Positions 40,115-49,121 of a stretch of 64,000 bases of DNA are shown here, piece by piece. The position numbers and the translations under genes were made by a program. The DNA is taken from the NCBI GenBank assembly GCA_965261345.1, contig OZ253449.1:1504001-1568000 (forward strand), written 5' to 3'. The notes under the pieces are model-generated. The model did no database searches. It saw only the letters and a program-made list of their open reading frames with translations, and had not been told where the DNA came from. Source of the stretch: Chloroflexota bacterium. Its GTDB lineage: Bacteria > Chloroflexota > UBA11872 > VXNJ01. Numbering within the stretch: position 1 is the first letter of the stretch; the number at the start of each line of letters is the position of its first letter.

Positions 40115-41274
40115 GACCGGCGCTGGCGCTGGCCCTGCTCGCGCTGCTGCTAATTGCCCCCATCGCCCGGGCCGAGGAACCGGAACCGATCGGCGGGCCG
40201 TCACCGGCGCCGGGTCCGATCTGGCCGATCGGCGGACTGGTCCTGGGGGAGGACTGGCAGAATCCGCAGGCCGCCGCCGCGGCGATTGGCAGTGGGATGG
40301 TGGCCGAGTTGACTCAGCTGATATCGGGCCCCCTAAATTGGGTCTGGCGGTGGCTGTTCCTGGTTCCCGACGCGATCGATCCGGCGCGGGCCGGCGAGGT
40401 CGACGCCGCCCTGGCCAGGATCGCCCCGGTCGGGGCCAGCGGGCCGATCTTTGACGGCCGCGGGGCCGCCGAAGCGGTCGAACAGGCCTGGCAGAATTCG
40501 CGCCGTATCGCCCTGTCGGCCCAGCAACCCTACCTGGGACTGGTGCTCGGCGCGTTCGTGCTCTGGAGCCTGGCGATGCTCTTCCTAGGTCGCCCGGTCG
40601 ACCTGGCGGCGGCGATGGGCCGGCTGGCGGTTGCATTAATCGGCGGTCTGGCTTCGTTCCAGTTCGTGGATATGCTTTTGCGCGCCGACGACCTGCTGGT
40701 AATCCTGTTCTCGCAGATCGGGGTTGGCCAGGTCCTGCTAAGCACCCCCAGCGAGCTGATTGCCAGTTGGCAGGGCGATGCCCAGCCAACCGATCTGGCC
40801 GATCTGGGCGGGGCGCTGCTGGAGGGGGTCTGGTACGGACTCTTCCGATCCTTCCTGCAACTGCTGCTGTTATTTGGCTTGGCCGCGATCGCGGTGCGGC
40901 TGCTGCTCCGCCTGGTCTGGATATGGGCCCTGACGGTGGCCGCGCCGCTGGTGCTGACCCTGGCGGTCTTCCCACCGGCAAGGCAGTTGCCGGCAATCTG
41001 GCTCAGACGGTTGCTGCGGGTGGTGTTTGAAAAGGCGGCGATGGTGCTGGGGCTCTCGGTCACCTTTTCGGTCATCGCGCTGCAGCCGCCGGGCCTGCTG
41101 AGCCTGGTGCTTGCGATCGCGGCGCTGTTCGTGGCCCAGGCCTTTCCCGGGCTGCTGCTGGACTCGCTTGCATCGGCCGCCGGACCGAGCGGGCAATCGG
41201 TAATTTCCCAGGTCAACGCCCGGATAACCCAGCTGCGCCTGGCCCGGCGGGCCCTCTCCCGGGTCGGCCAATGA
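40108..41274 (+). CDS. VirB6/TrbL-like polytopic membrane channel protein
   Basis: Signal peptide and several TM helices with ...APL.L.L..FP......W; position between virB4 and virD4. Confidence 0.7.
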   Translation: MVRPALALALLALLLIAPIARAEEPEPIGGPSPAPGPIWPIGGLVLGEDWQNPQAAAAAIGSGMVAELTQLISGPLNWVWRWLFLVPDAIDPARAGEVDAALARIAPVGASGPIFDGRGAAEAVEQAWQNSRRIALSAQQPYLGLVLGAFVLWSLAMLFLGRPVDLAAAMGRLAVALIGGLASFQFVDMLLRADDLLVILFSQIGVGQVLLSTPSELIASWQGDAQPTDLADLGGALLEGVWYGLFRSFLQLLLLFGLAAIAVRLLLRLVWIWALTVAAPLVLTLAVFPPARQLPAIWLRRLLRVVFEKAAMVLGLSVTFSVIALQPPGLLSLVLAIAALFVAQAFPGLLLDSLASAAGPSGQSVISQVNARITQLRLARRALSRVGQ

Positions 41275-41302
41275 CGAAGGCGGCTCTAATCGGCAACGTT
41301 CA

Positions 41303-41515
41303 ATGCCGCTAATCTGGCGCGCCGTCCTGCGTCGCCTAACGCTGCGGGTGGGCCTTGCAGCCATCCGGTTGCTAGAGCCCGGCGGGACCTCCGAGAGCGA
41401 TCCGAGCGCGCGCTGGTTGCTCCTTTCAATCCTCGCGCTGCTGGTCCTCCTCCTGCTACCCGGCCTCTTTACGGTCGTGCTGGCCGCCGGCCTGATCGCC
41501 GTCATCGGCAGCTGA
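41303..41515 (+). CDS. Small membrane protein
   Basis: 70 aa with a long C-terminal hydrophobic stretch; fills the operon gap. Confidence 0.45.
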   Translation: MPLIWRAVLRRLTLRVGLAAIRLLEPGGTSESDPSARWLLLSILALLVLLLLPGLFTVVLAAGLIAVIGS

Positions 41516-43524
41516 CCCTGGACCGGCCAATTGCGCCGGATAATGACCGGCTGCCAATTAGTTATTTCCGGGCGTTGCCCGAACGGGCATGGGTCCTGCC
41601 GCTGCGTAGCGATAACGACCACGACCCCCAGGCTGGTTTGCACGCTGGTCTCAACTTCCTTACCGGGTCCGAATCAGTCGAGATCCGCTACCTGCTAAGT
41701 CCGGCCCCGAAAGGCGCAGCCGAATCGATTCGGCGTGCCGCCCAGCGCTATCGGCTGGGGATCCGGCCGGGCCGGTTCGGGTTGGCCGGACAGCTGGTTG
41801 CCGGAGCCGGCTGGCTGGTTCGGGGGCTGGCCGCACTTACCGCCACCGTTCCGCCGGCCCGCCCCCAGCCGCCTGACGAGCTCTTCTTGCAGATGACTGC
41901 GCGCGCCGACCAACCGCTGTTGACCTGTGCCATCCTGGTTCAAATCCGTGCCGGAGAGCGGCGAACCATCCTGATTGCGCGGGCCCTGTCCCAGGCCTTG
42001 GCCCAGCACGCCTCGCCCTGGAACCGACTCCGCTTAAAGCAGGTCAGATCGAAGCGGGCCGCCTATGAATTTGCCGGCTGGCAGATCCCGCGCCGCGACT
42101 GCTTTGCCCTAAGCGCGAGCGAGGCGGCCGCGCTCTGTGAACTTCCCGGGTCCGAGGCACGGGATCCCAACCTGAAGCGCGCCGCGGCCGCCCAGGTGCG
42201 AGCGGCAGCGATGGTGCCACGCGGCCAGGGCCTTTTCTTGGGCTGGGCCGAGGCCGGAGAGGACCGGCTGGATCAGCGTTACGGATTGGATATCGACGAT
42301 GCCCTAAAGCACGTCCTGACGGTCGGCCCGACCGGGACCGGCAAGAGTACCTTTCAGTACTGGTATGCCATATCGGCGATTGAATCCGGGCTGGGAATGC
42401 TGCTGCTCGATCCGAAGGGCGATCTGGCCCGGGCGGTCCTGGACGGCGTCCCCGAGGCGCGGGCCAAGGATGTGGCCTTTTTGGACTTTGCCGATACCGA
42501 CCGACCGATCGGACTCAATCCGCTGGCGGTGAGCGATCCGGCCGAGGCCGACCAGACCGCGGCTGCGGTTTCGACGATGATGCGTGAGCTGATCACCGGC
42601 GAGGGCATGCAGTGGGGGACCACGATGTCGCAGGCATTCTCCTACGGGTTTCGGACCCTGGCGGCGAATCCGCAGATCGAACCGACGATGCTGGACTTGG
42701 AACGCCTCTTTAGCGACCGGCAATGGCGCGCCGAGCTCGTCGCCAACGTCGACGATCCGTTCGTTGCCGCCTACTGGGCCAACCAGATCGACCGCCTCGG
42801 CGAGCGGCAGTTCGAGCTCAATTTCGGATCGGCGCTGCGGCGGATGGCGATCCTGGTAAACGACCCGCGGATTCGCAATATCCTGGCCCAGCCGCGGCCG
42901 GCGGTGCGCTGGGACCGCGCGCTGGCGCGGTCAGGGATCGTGCTGGTGAATCTGGACCAGGCCGATAACGCCCTCGGGATCGCCGGCTCGCGGCTGCTGG
43001 GCAGCATCATCGTTACCCAGTTTTGGCAAGCGGTGCTGCGCCGCCCGCGCCCGAACCGGGCTGCCTTTATCTGTCTCATCGACGAATTCCAGGAGTTCCT
43101 CGACACCGGCCGCAACATGGGCGCGTTCTTCGAGCGGGCCCGCAGCTATCGGGTGGGGATGTGCATCGCCACCCAGACCCTGGCGCAGCCGCGGCTGCGC
43201 CCGATCCGGCGCACGGTGAGCGTGAACGCCCGCACGCAGGTCATTTTTGGTGGGCTGCGCGACGAGGCCCGGCACTTTGCACTGGCCACCGAACCGTACT
43301 TTTCGGCCCGCGACCTCGATCGCCGCGATGCCTTCCAGATGACGGTCAGCACCCTGGTCAAGAATCAACCGGCGCCGCCGTTTTCGGCCCATGTGGCCGC
43401 CTTACCCGAGCCCGACTGGGACCGCCTGGAAGAGCGCCGCCAGCGCGCCCGCGCCCTATTTGGGGCCGACCGGGCAGCGCTCGCTGAAAGGGTTCGGGAG
43501 CGCTACGGGCCACGCGCCCAGTAG
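41512..43524 (+). CDS. virD4: VirD4/TraD-like type IV coupling ATPase
   Basis: H....GPTGTGKST, LDPKGDL, GLNPL, LIDEFQ.F, ARSYR......TQ..AQ; start at CTG 41512 or TTG 41575. Confidence 0.9.
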   Translation: MTLDRPIAPDNDRLPISYFRALPERAWVLPLRSDNDHDPQAGLHAGLNFLTGSESVEIRYLLSPAPKGAAESIRRAAQRYRLGIRPGRFGLAGQLVAGAGWLVRGLAALTATVPPARPQPPDELFLQMTARADQPLLTCAILVQIRAGERRTILIARALSQALAQHASPWNRLRLKQVRSKRAAYEFAGWQIPRRDCFALSASEAAALCELPGSEARDPNLKRAAAAQVRAAAMVPRGQGLFLGWAEAGEDRLDQRYGLDIDDALKHVLTVGPTGTGKSTFQYWYAISAIESGLGMLLLDPKGDLARAVLDGVPEARAKDVAFLDFADTDRPIGLNPLAVSDPAEADQTAAAVSTMMRELITGEGMQWGTTMSQAFSYGFRTLAANPQIEPTMLDLERLFSDRQWRAELVANVDDPFVAAYWANQIDRLGERQFELNFGSALRRMAILVNDPRIRNILAQPRPAVRWDRALARSGIVLVNLDQADNALGIAGSRLLGSIIVTQFWQAVLRRPRPNRAAFICLIDEFQEFLDTGRNMGAFFERARSYRVGMCIATQTLAQPRLRPIRRTVSVNARTQVIFGGLRDEARHFALATEPYFSARDLDRRDAFQMTVSTLVKNQPAPPFSAHVAALPEPDWDRLEERRQRARALFGADRAALAERVRERYGPRAQ

Positions 43525-43645
43525 TGGCCGGTCAGGGACTGCAAATTTCCGTCTAGCCGGATGCCCCGGCCCGGCAACAGGATTTGGCAGCGGGGAACTT
43601 CTCGCCCGCAAATGATCCTCCAACGTCAAAGCTGCAAGGTCTGAT

Positions 43646-44041
43646 TTGATATCCAACTTTCCGCCTGAAACTCCAACCCCGCTGGTAGTCCTCGGCCTGG
43701 CCGGGGCGGCCCTGCTGGCGCTGGGCCTGCGGCGCCAGCATCCTCTGGTCGAACCCCGATCGGAACCGCGCGAATTTGTAATCCTGCCGCCGCCCGACAA
43801 CCGCCGGCCGGCCGGCCAGATGCTGGCCGAAATCGCCAACACTCCGGAACTGGGGCGCCGTTCGCTGCCGGGCTTGGCGGCCAAGCCGCAGGTAGCCGCG
43901 CTGGGCCGGTCGCTTCAGATCAACCGCCGGGAAATTTCCTACCGCGATTTTTGTTGTGGTGGATTGGCGATCGGCCACGCGGCCCGCCTGGAGCGTTTTT
44001 ATCCCGGCATCCGGGTGCTGCCGCAGGAGGCAATTTCATGA
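43646..44041 (+). CDS. Membrane-anchored protein resembling a detached N-terminal module of VirD4-like proteins
   Basis: TM helix followed by ILPP, SLQI...EI.Y and YPG.V; ATGA overlap with flp. Confidence 0.5.
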   Translation: MISNFPPETPTPLVVLGLAGAALLALGLRRQHPLVEPRSEPREFVILPPPDNRRPAGQMLAEIANTPELGRRSLPGLAAKPQVAALGRSLQINRREISYRDFCCGGLAIGHAARLERFYPGIRVLPQEAIS

Positions 44042-44235
44042 TCGGCCCAATGTTGCAGCGCCTGCGTTCCGCGCTCGGCCGGTTCATCTCGGCCGGCGAC
44101 GGTTCGGCCACCGAGTACATCATCATCGCCGGCCTGGCGGTGATCATCCTAGGGGCCGCAGTCAGCGCCTGGAACGAGGGCCTGCAGACCTACCTTGAAG
44201 AACTGCTTACCGACTTACAAGCGCTGGGCGCCTAA
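44038..44235 (+). CDS. flp: Flp-family type IVc pilin
   Basis: 65 aa; basic leader, G/SATEY.II class III cleavage and Flp motif, hydrophobic helix. Confidence 0.85.
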   Translation: MIGPMLQRLRSALGRFISAGDGSATEYIIIAGLAVIILGAAVSAWNEGLQTYLEELLTDLQALGA

Positions 44236-44661
44236 TTGCCGATCGGTCAATCGGGCGCCGCCCTGCGGCTGGCCGGCCGGAATGGATCGGCCGCCACCGA
44301 GGCGATCCTGGCGCTTATGGTGCTGGTACCGCTGTTTGCGGCAATGATTTCGCTGGGCGACCTCTGGGCCGACCAGCTGGCGCTAGATCACGCCGCCGCC
44401 GCTGCGGTCCGGCGTGCGGCCGTCCAGGGCGGCGATTCGCCCGAACTGCGATCGCAGATTGCCGCCGATCTGCTGGCTGCCGGCCTCCCGGCCGCGGCGG
44501 TATCGGCCACCGTCATGCCGGCCAGACCCTCCTGGCAGGAGCCGATTACGGTTTCGCTGGAATTGCCACGGCGACTTCAGCTTCCGCTGCTGGGCGGCTG
44601 GGACCTGGTGCTCCAGAGCCGTTTCAGCGGCCTAAATGAAGTGGGACCCGGCCCGATTTGA
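44236..44661 (+). CDS. tadE: TadE-like minor pilin
   Basis: G/SAATE.IL hydrophobic N-terminus and AA..AVR.AA motif. Confidence 0.85.
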   Translation: MPIGQSGAALRLAGRNGSAATEAILALMVLVPLFAAMISLGDLWADQLALDHAAAAAVRRAAVQGGDSPELRSQIAADLLAAGLPAAAVSATVMPARPSWQEPITVSLELPRRLQLPLLGGWDLVLQSRFSGLNEVGPGPI

Positions 44662-45131
44662 CCGTCCCGAAACTCTCCGGCGAGCGGGGGTCGGTGGGAG
44701 TTCAGGCGCTGCTGCTGCTCGGCCTCTTCCTGCTGATTTTTGCGCTGGTGGTCGAAATTGGCGCCCTGCGTACCAGACAGCTCCGCCTGCAGGCGGTCTT
44801 CGACCGGGCGGCCCTGGCCGGTGTCGGGGCGATCGATGGTGCCGAGCTGGCGGCCGCCGGCCGACTGGTCCTTGACCGGAGCGCAGCCGAGGCGCGAACG
44901 CGCCGCTATCTGGAGCTGAACCTGGCCCCGCTGGAGGGCCAGCTGGTGGGTCAGAACGCTGCCCAGGCCGCCCGGTCGGCCCTGGTCGGAGTCGTTATCA
45001 GCGGGCCCGACCAGGGCACGGTGACCCTCTCCGGGCGGCTCAACCTGGCGGTTGGCTACCTGGGGTTGGCGGGGATCGAATCCCCGAAAAGTTTCCAATT
45101 TCGGGCAACCGCCCGGCTGAAAGGACATTGA
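44658..45131 (+). CDS. tadG: TadG/Tad-domain minor pilin
   Basis: ERGS, TM helix, then LQ...D.AALAG. Confidence 0.8.
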   Translation: MTVPKLSGERGSVGVQALLLLGLFLLIFALVVEIGALRTRQLRLQAVFDRAALAGVGAIDGAELAAAGRLVLDRSAAEARTRRYLELNLAPLEGQLVGQNAAQAARSALVGVVISGPDQGTVTLSGRLNLAVGYLGLAGIESPKSFQFRATARLKGH

Positions 45132-45137
45132 TTGGCA

Positions 45138-45548
45138 ATGCAGAGGATTTCGTGGCCGCTTATGGCTCTGGCAGTGGTGTTGTTGGCCGGTGGCCTGCTC
45201 ATCGGATTGCGCCTCAGCGGGAGCGGCTGGCCGGTCGAACCGACCCCGGCGTCGCAACCGGACGGGCCGCCCCAGGCGCTGGCGGCGGTCGCGATCGAAA
45301 TCGGCTCGGAGGCGGGTTCCGGTCGGTTGCAACTTGCAGTCGGCGAGGAATCGCGGTTGTGGGTTGAGACCGAATTGGAAGACGGCAGCCAGCGCCGCGA
45401 CGCACCGGTTGTTTGGTCCAGTTCCAACCCGCAGGTTGCCGCCGTCGGTCCGGATGGAACGTTGCTGGCGCACTCGCGTGGGCAGGTCACGGTGCGGGCC
45501 GACCTGAGCCCGCTTTCGGCCGAGATCGAGGTCACGGTTGATGGTTAG
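45138..45548 (+). CDS. Membrane-anchored Ig-like (Big_2) domain protein
   Basis: TM helix, then L.VGE..., VWSSSNP.VA.V..DG...A...GQ.TV.A. Confidence 0.88.
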   Translation: MQRISWPLMALAVVLLAGGLLIGLRLSGSGWPVEPTPASQPDGPPQALAAVAIEIGSEAGSGRLQLAVGEESRLWVETELEDGSQRRDAPVVWSSSNPQVAAVGPDGTLLAHSRGQVTVRADLSPLSAEIEVTVDG

Positions 45549-47193
45549 GCGGCCGCCGTGGTCGGCGGCTGCGGCAATCCTCGGCCGGCTGCTGCTGCTC
45601 GCGCTGCTGCTCGCCCTGCCCTTGGGCGCTCCGGCAAGGGCCGATCACGGGCAGTGGGAGGAGCGCCCGGTATGGATCGAACCGGTCACCGAAACCCGGA
45701 CGCGGACGGTTCCGGGTCACTGGGATGAGCAGCAGCGATGGATCCCCGGCTACACAATCCGCCGGGTAGTTACCGAAACCCGGCCGGTTGAAATTGAATA
45801 TCAGGCGTTCGTGCCGCAGGGCCATTGGGAGACGGTTCGGGTCTGGCTGGTGGCCTATGAGCAGCGCTGCACGCAGGTGTGGCAGTGGTACCAGCAGTGC
45901 TCGAATTTCTGGACCAACTGCCAGCTTGTCTACGGCCCGCAGGAACAATGCGAACGGGTTGACGTCTCGCATTGGGAGGAGTCCCAGGAATGGGTGAACA
46001 CCTCCTACTGGGAGACCCGCACGCGGATCGAGATGCGGGAGTTTGAGACCACGATCGAGGAAGAGTTCCCCGGATACTGGGAGTCCTACCAGGTCTGGGT
46101 CCCTTCGCGGACCGAAACCTACCAGCACACCCTGGCCGCGGGCCACTGGGAAACCGAGCTGGTCTGGGTGCTGCTCGAACATGATGCCGACCCGGAGCCG
46201 GTCGGCGAACCCGGGCCGGAGGGATCGGGCTGCGTACCGCCTGGCATCTACAAGGTCGTAGACAACTACGTCGGAACCCACCAGTGGACCGATTCAAACG
46301 GAGTGGTCCATTACGAGACGACCACCTCGGGCGGGGACAACCCGTGGTGGGCGGTCCGGCTGGGGTCGATCTCTAAGGGAGTTGGCTCGCGCTACGATTC
46401 CCAGGCATTCAATGGCCGCGGCATCGGCGCCGACGGCAAACTGCTTGCCGGGCGTTTCTATCGCAATTACCTCCCCGACGGGCAGTGCTACCGGGCGGTG
46501 AGCGTGGTGTTCTTCCAGGACGACACGGTAAGGACTGGCGATCTCGACCACCAGACCCAGACCGGGAACCCGGGCGAGCCGACCGAAACGCCGACCGAAA
46601 CCCCGGGCGAGCAACCGGTGCCACCGACTGAGAACCAGCCAACTGAGAACCCCATCGACCAGGTTCCCGGGGGTGATCAGGGACCGGCTGTGACCCCAAC
46701 TCCAACCGGTCCAGGGTCAGACCCCGACCAGGCCGGCGAACCCTCCACCCCGACCATGGAAGGTCCAGGATCGGTCGATCCCCCGCTGGCTCCGGTTGGT
46801 GGATTTGACTTTGCGGTGGTGCTCGAGGGCACCACCCATCGGCCGGGACCGGGCCGGCCGGCGATCGAGCTCCTGCGCGGGGCCCCGGTTGCGGTCTACC
46901 TGGTACCGCGCCTGCAGACCCCGGCCGACGCTCCCGGCGCCGGGGTGAGCTTTACCGGCTGGCAATTCGTCGCCGGGCCCAATGACCATCCCCAGGGTCC
47001 GCGCGCCGGCGAGCGCTTTTCGCCGCTGCAACCGCTGCGACTTCGGATCGACGACCTCCCGCCGGACTCCCAGCAGGCCATCCAAATCAGCTTGCAGGTC
47101 ACAGTGCGGGTGAGCGGGTCCGGCGGGGAGATGGAAGATTTCGACCTCCCGGTGGTCCTGACCGCCACCATCTTCTACCAGGCGATAACTTGA
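45541..47193 (+). CDS. Secreted Trp-rich repeat protein, putative adhesin/pilus tip
   Basis: Signal peptide (ARA/D), repeated G(H/Y/Q)W(E/D)....W motifs, four symmetric Cys, Pro/Thr/Glu linker, beta-rich C-terminus. Confidence 0.75.
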   Translation: MVRRPPWSAAAAILGRLLLLALLLALPLGAPARADHGQWEERPVWIEPVTETRTRTVPGHWDEQQRWIPGYTIRRVVTETRPVEIEYQAFVPQGHWETVRVWLVAYEQRCTQVWQWYQQCSNFWTNCQLVYGPQEQCERVDVSHWEESQEWVNTSYWETRTRIEMREFETTIEEEFPGYWESYQVWVPSRTETYQHTLAAGHWETELVWVLLEHDADPEPVGEPGPEGSGCVPPGIYKVVDNYVGTHQWTDSNGVVHYETTTSGGDNPWWAVRLGSISKGVGSRYDSQAFNGRGIGADGKLLAGRFYRNYLPDGQCYRAVSVVFFQDDTVRTGDLDHQTQTGNPGEPTETPTETPGEQPVPPTENQPTENPIDQVPGGDQGPAVTPTPTGPGSDPDQAGEPSTPTMEGPGSVDPPLAPVGGFDFAVVLEGTTHRPGPGRPAIELLRGAPVAVYLVPRLQTPADAPGAGVSFTGWQFVAGPNDHPQGPRAGERFSPLQPLRLRIDDLPPDSQQAIQISLQVTVRVSGSGGEMEDFDLPVVLTATIFYQAIT

Positions 47194-47828
47194 GTAGGCT
47201 GCTGTCGCTGCAGGCCGGGATGCTACTGCTTGCGCTGCTTTTGGGCCTGGCGGCGGCGTTGATTTGGATTAGCGACGGGCGAACCGGCCCGGCGATCGTT
47301 GCCGATGTTGATGTTGCCGCCGGCGCCCGGATCCTCCCTGACGATCTGCGCTTGGTTACCGTACCGCGGGCGGCCCTGCCCCCGGGTGCGATCGCCGATA
47401 AGGCCCAGGCGGTCGGAATGTATGCGCGCGGTCCACTGCCGGAGGGTCAATACCTGCTGCCCGGTAACCTAGCGAGCGATCCGGCCGGCGCTCTGGCCGA
47501 GTCAGCGGTTCAGATTCCCGCTGACTGGGCGCTGGTGGGTGTGGCAATGTCCTACCAAAATGCCTTGGGCGGGGCGCTAACGCCGGGGCAAAGCGTAGAC
47601 CTCTATGCGATCGGCAAGCGCGCCGGATCGACTCCGGTTCTGATCGTTCCCGGCGCGAGGCTTATCGACCTGCGCAATGGTTATGGAGCAAGCGCCGGCC
47701 CCGGTGGTGACGGCGACCGCGCCGACATTATGGAATCGGTGCTGCTGGCCCTTCCGCGGCAGCTGGTGGAAGCGGTCGTGGCCAGGGTTTCTGATTCGAT
47801 CTTCGTGCTGGCGCTAAGGCTCGAGTGA
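47190..47828 (+). CDS. cpaB: CpaB/RcpC pilus assembly protein (SAF domain)
   Basis: TM helix, A..DV.AG..I...DL, AVG.YA...L..G, GG.L.PG..VD. Confidence 0.88.
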   Translation: MSRLLSLQAGMLLLALLLGLAAALIWISDGRTGPAIVADVDVAAGARILPDDLRLVTVPRAALPPGAIADKAQAVGMYARGPLPEGQYLLPGNLASDPAGALAESAVQIPADWALVGVAMSYQNALGGALTPGQSVDLYAIGKRAGSTPVLIVPGARLIDLRNGYGASAGPGGDGDRADIMESVLLALPRQLVEAVVARVSDSIFVLALRLE

Positions 47829-49096
47829 TGTTGGCCGAGGTCGCCCCCGACCGCCCCGCCGATTCCGGCGAGCTGGATCTGCAGCTGGATTTCCTGCGCG
47901 AGCAGCTGCTGGGCCAGGTTGGTCCGGCCCAGCTGGATCCGTTCCGCCAGGCTGAGGGGCAGCGCGAGCAGTTGCGCGACCTGGTTGGCACGCTGCTGGC
48001 CCAGCTGGATCCGGCCGCCCCGGCCGGCCCCGACCGGGTTGAGGAACTGCTCTCGGAGCTTGTCGGCCTGGGCCCGTTGGACCCGCTGCTTAGCGATCCG
48101 GCGATAACCGACATCCTGGTCAACTCGCCCGATGAGGTCTGGGTGGAGCGTCGGGGGCGCCTTGAGCGGACCGGAATCTCTTTCCGCAGCCTGGACCAGC
48201 TGACCGCGTTGATGGAGAAGATCGCCTCCCTGGTCGGCCGCTCGCTGAGCCTGCAGACCCCCTGCGTCGACGCCCGAATGGCCGATGGCTCGCGCGCCAA
48301 CCTGGTAATTGCCCCGGTCGGAGGTCCGTGCCTGTCGATCCGGCGACACCGCCAGGAGCTGCGCCCGCTGGCCGGATCGGCCTCGTCCTGGACCGCTGGC
48401 GGGGGCATGAGCGAGGTGATGGCCGGGTTATTTGAGCGGGCCGTGACCGCCCGCTGCAATTTCCTGATCGCCGGATCGACCGGAGCTGGCAAATCGACCC
48501 TACTGGCGTCACTGCTAGCGCATGTGCCGCCCGGCCAACGGCTGGTGGTAATTGAGGACACCCAGGAACTCCCCCTCCCGGGCGGCGGCCACACGGTGCG
48601 CTTGCAGTGCGTGCACGACCAACGGCTGGCCAGCTCCGGCCAGCGCCGGGTGGGACTGGCCGATCTGGTGGTCAACGCTCTGCGGATGCGGCCGGATCGC
48701 CTGGTGGTGGGTGAGATCCGCACTCCGCGCGAGGCCTACGTGACGATCGAGGCGCTAAACACCGGTCACCCGGGATCGGGCTCGACCATTCATGCCGACT
48801 CGGCGATCGATGCCCTGGGCCGACTGGAGATGCTAATCCGGCGCGAGCACGGTGGATTTTCTGCGGTCGACGTGCGCGAACCGATCGCCCGCGCGTTCGA
48901 TTACGTCGTCCAGGTCGCCCGCCTGGATTCGGGCCGCCGGGTGGTGCGCGAGGTGGTCGAGGTTGCCGGGCTGGACGGGGACAACTACGACCTGCGTCCG
49001 GTAATCAACTTCAACCCGACCGGCGGATTCGTGGCCGATCCCAACTACAAGATGGGGCCGCGGGCGCTGGGCCGCTTCGCCGCCATCCGGACCTAG
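47825..49096 (+). CDS. cpaF: CpaF/TadA pilus assembly ATPase
   Basis: GLGPL.PLL.DP.ITDI.VN, GSTGAGKST, IEDT.EL, ALRMRPDR..VGE.R, NTGH.G..STIHA. Confidence 0.97.
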   Translation: MMLAEVAPDRPADSGELDLQLDFLREQLLGQVGPAQLDPFRQAEGQREQLRDLVGTLLAQLDPAAPAGPDRVEELLSELVGLGPLDPLLSDPAITDILVNSPDEVWVERRGRLERTGISFRSLDQLTALMEKIASLVGRSLSLQTPCVDARMADGSRANLVIAPVGGPCLSIRRHRQELRPLAGSASSWTAGGGMSEVMAGLFERAVTARCNFLIAGSTGAGKSTLLASLLAHVPPGQRLVVIEDTQELPLPGGGHTVRLQCVHDQRLASSGQRRVGLADLVVNALRMRPDRLVVGEIRTPREAYVTIEALNTGHPGSGSTIHADSAIDALGRLEMLIRREHGGFSAVDVREPIARAFDYVVQVARLDSGRRVVREVVEVAGLDGDNYDLRPVINFNPTGGFVADPNYKMGPRALGRFAAIRT

Positions 49097-49121
49097 TCCC
49101 GGCCCCGCCCTCAAGTCCTCG

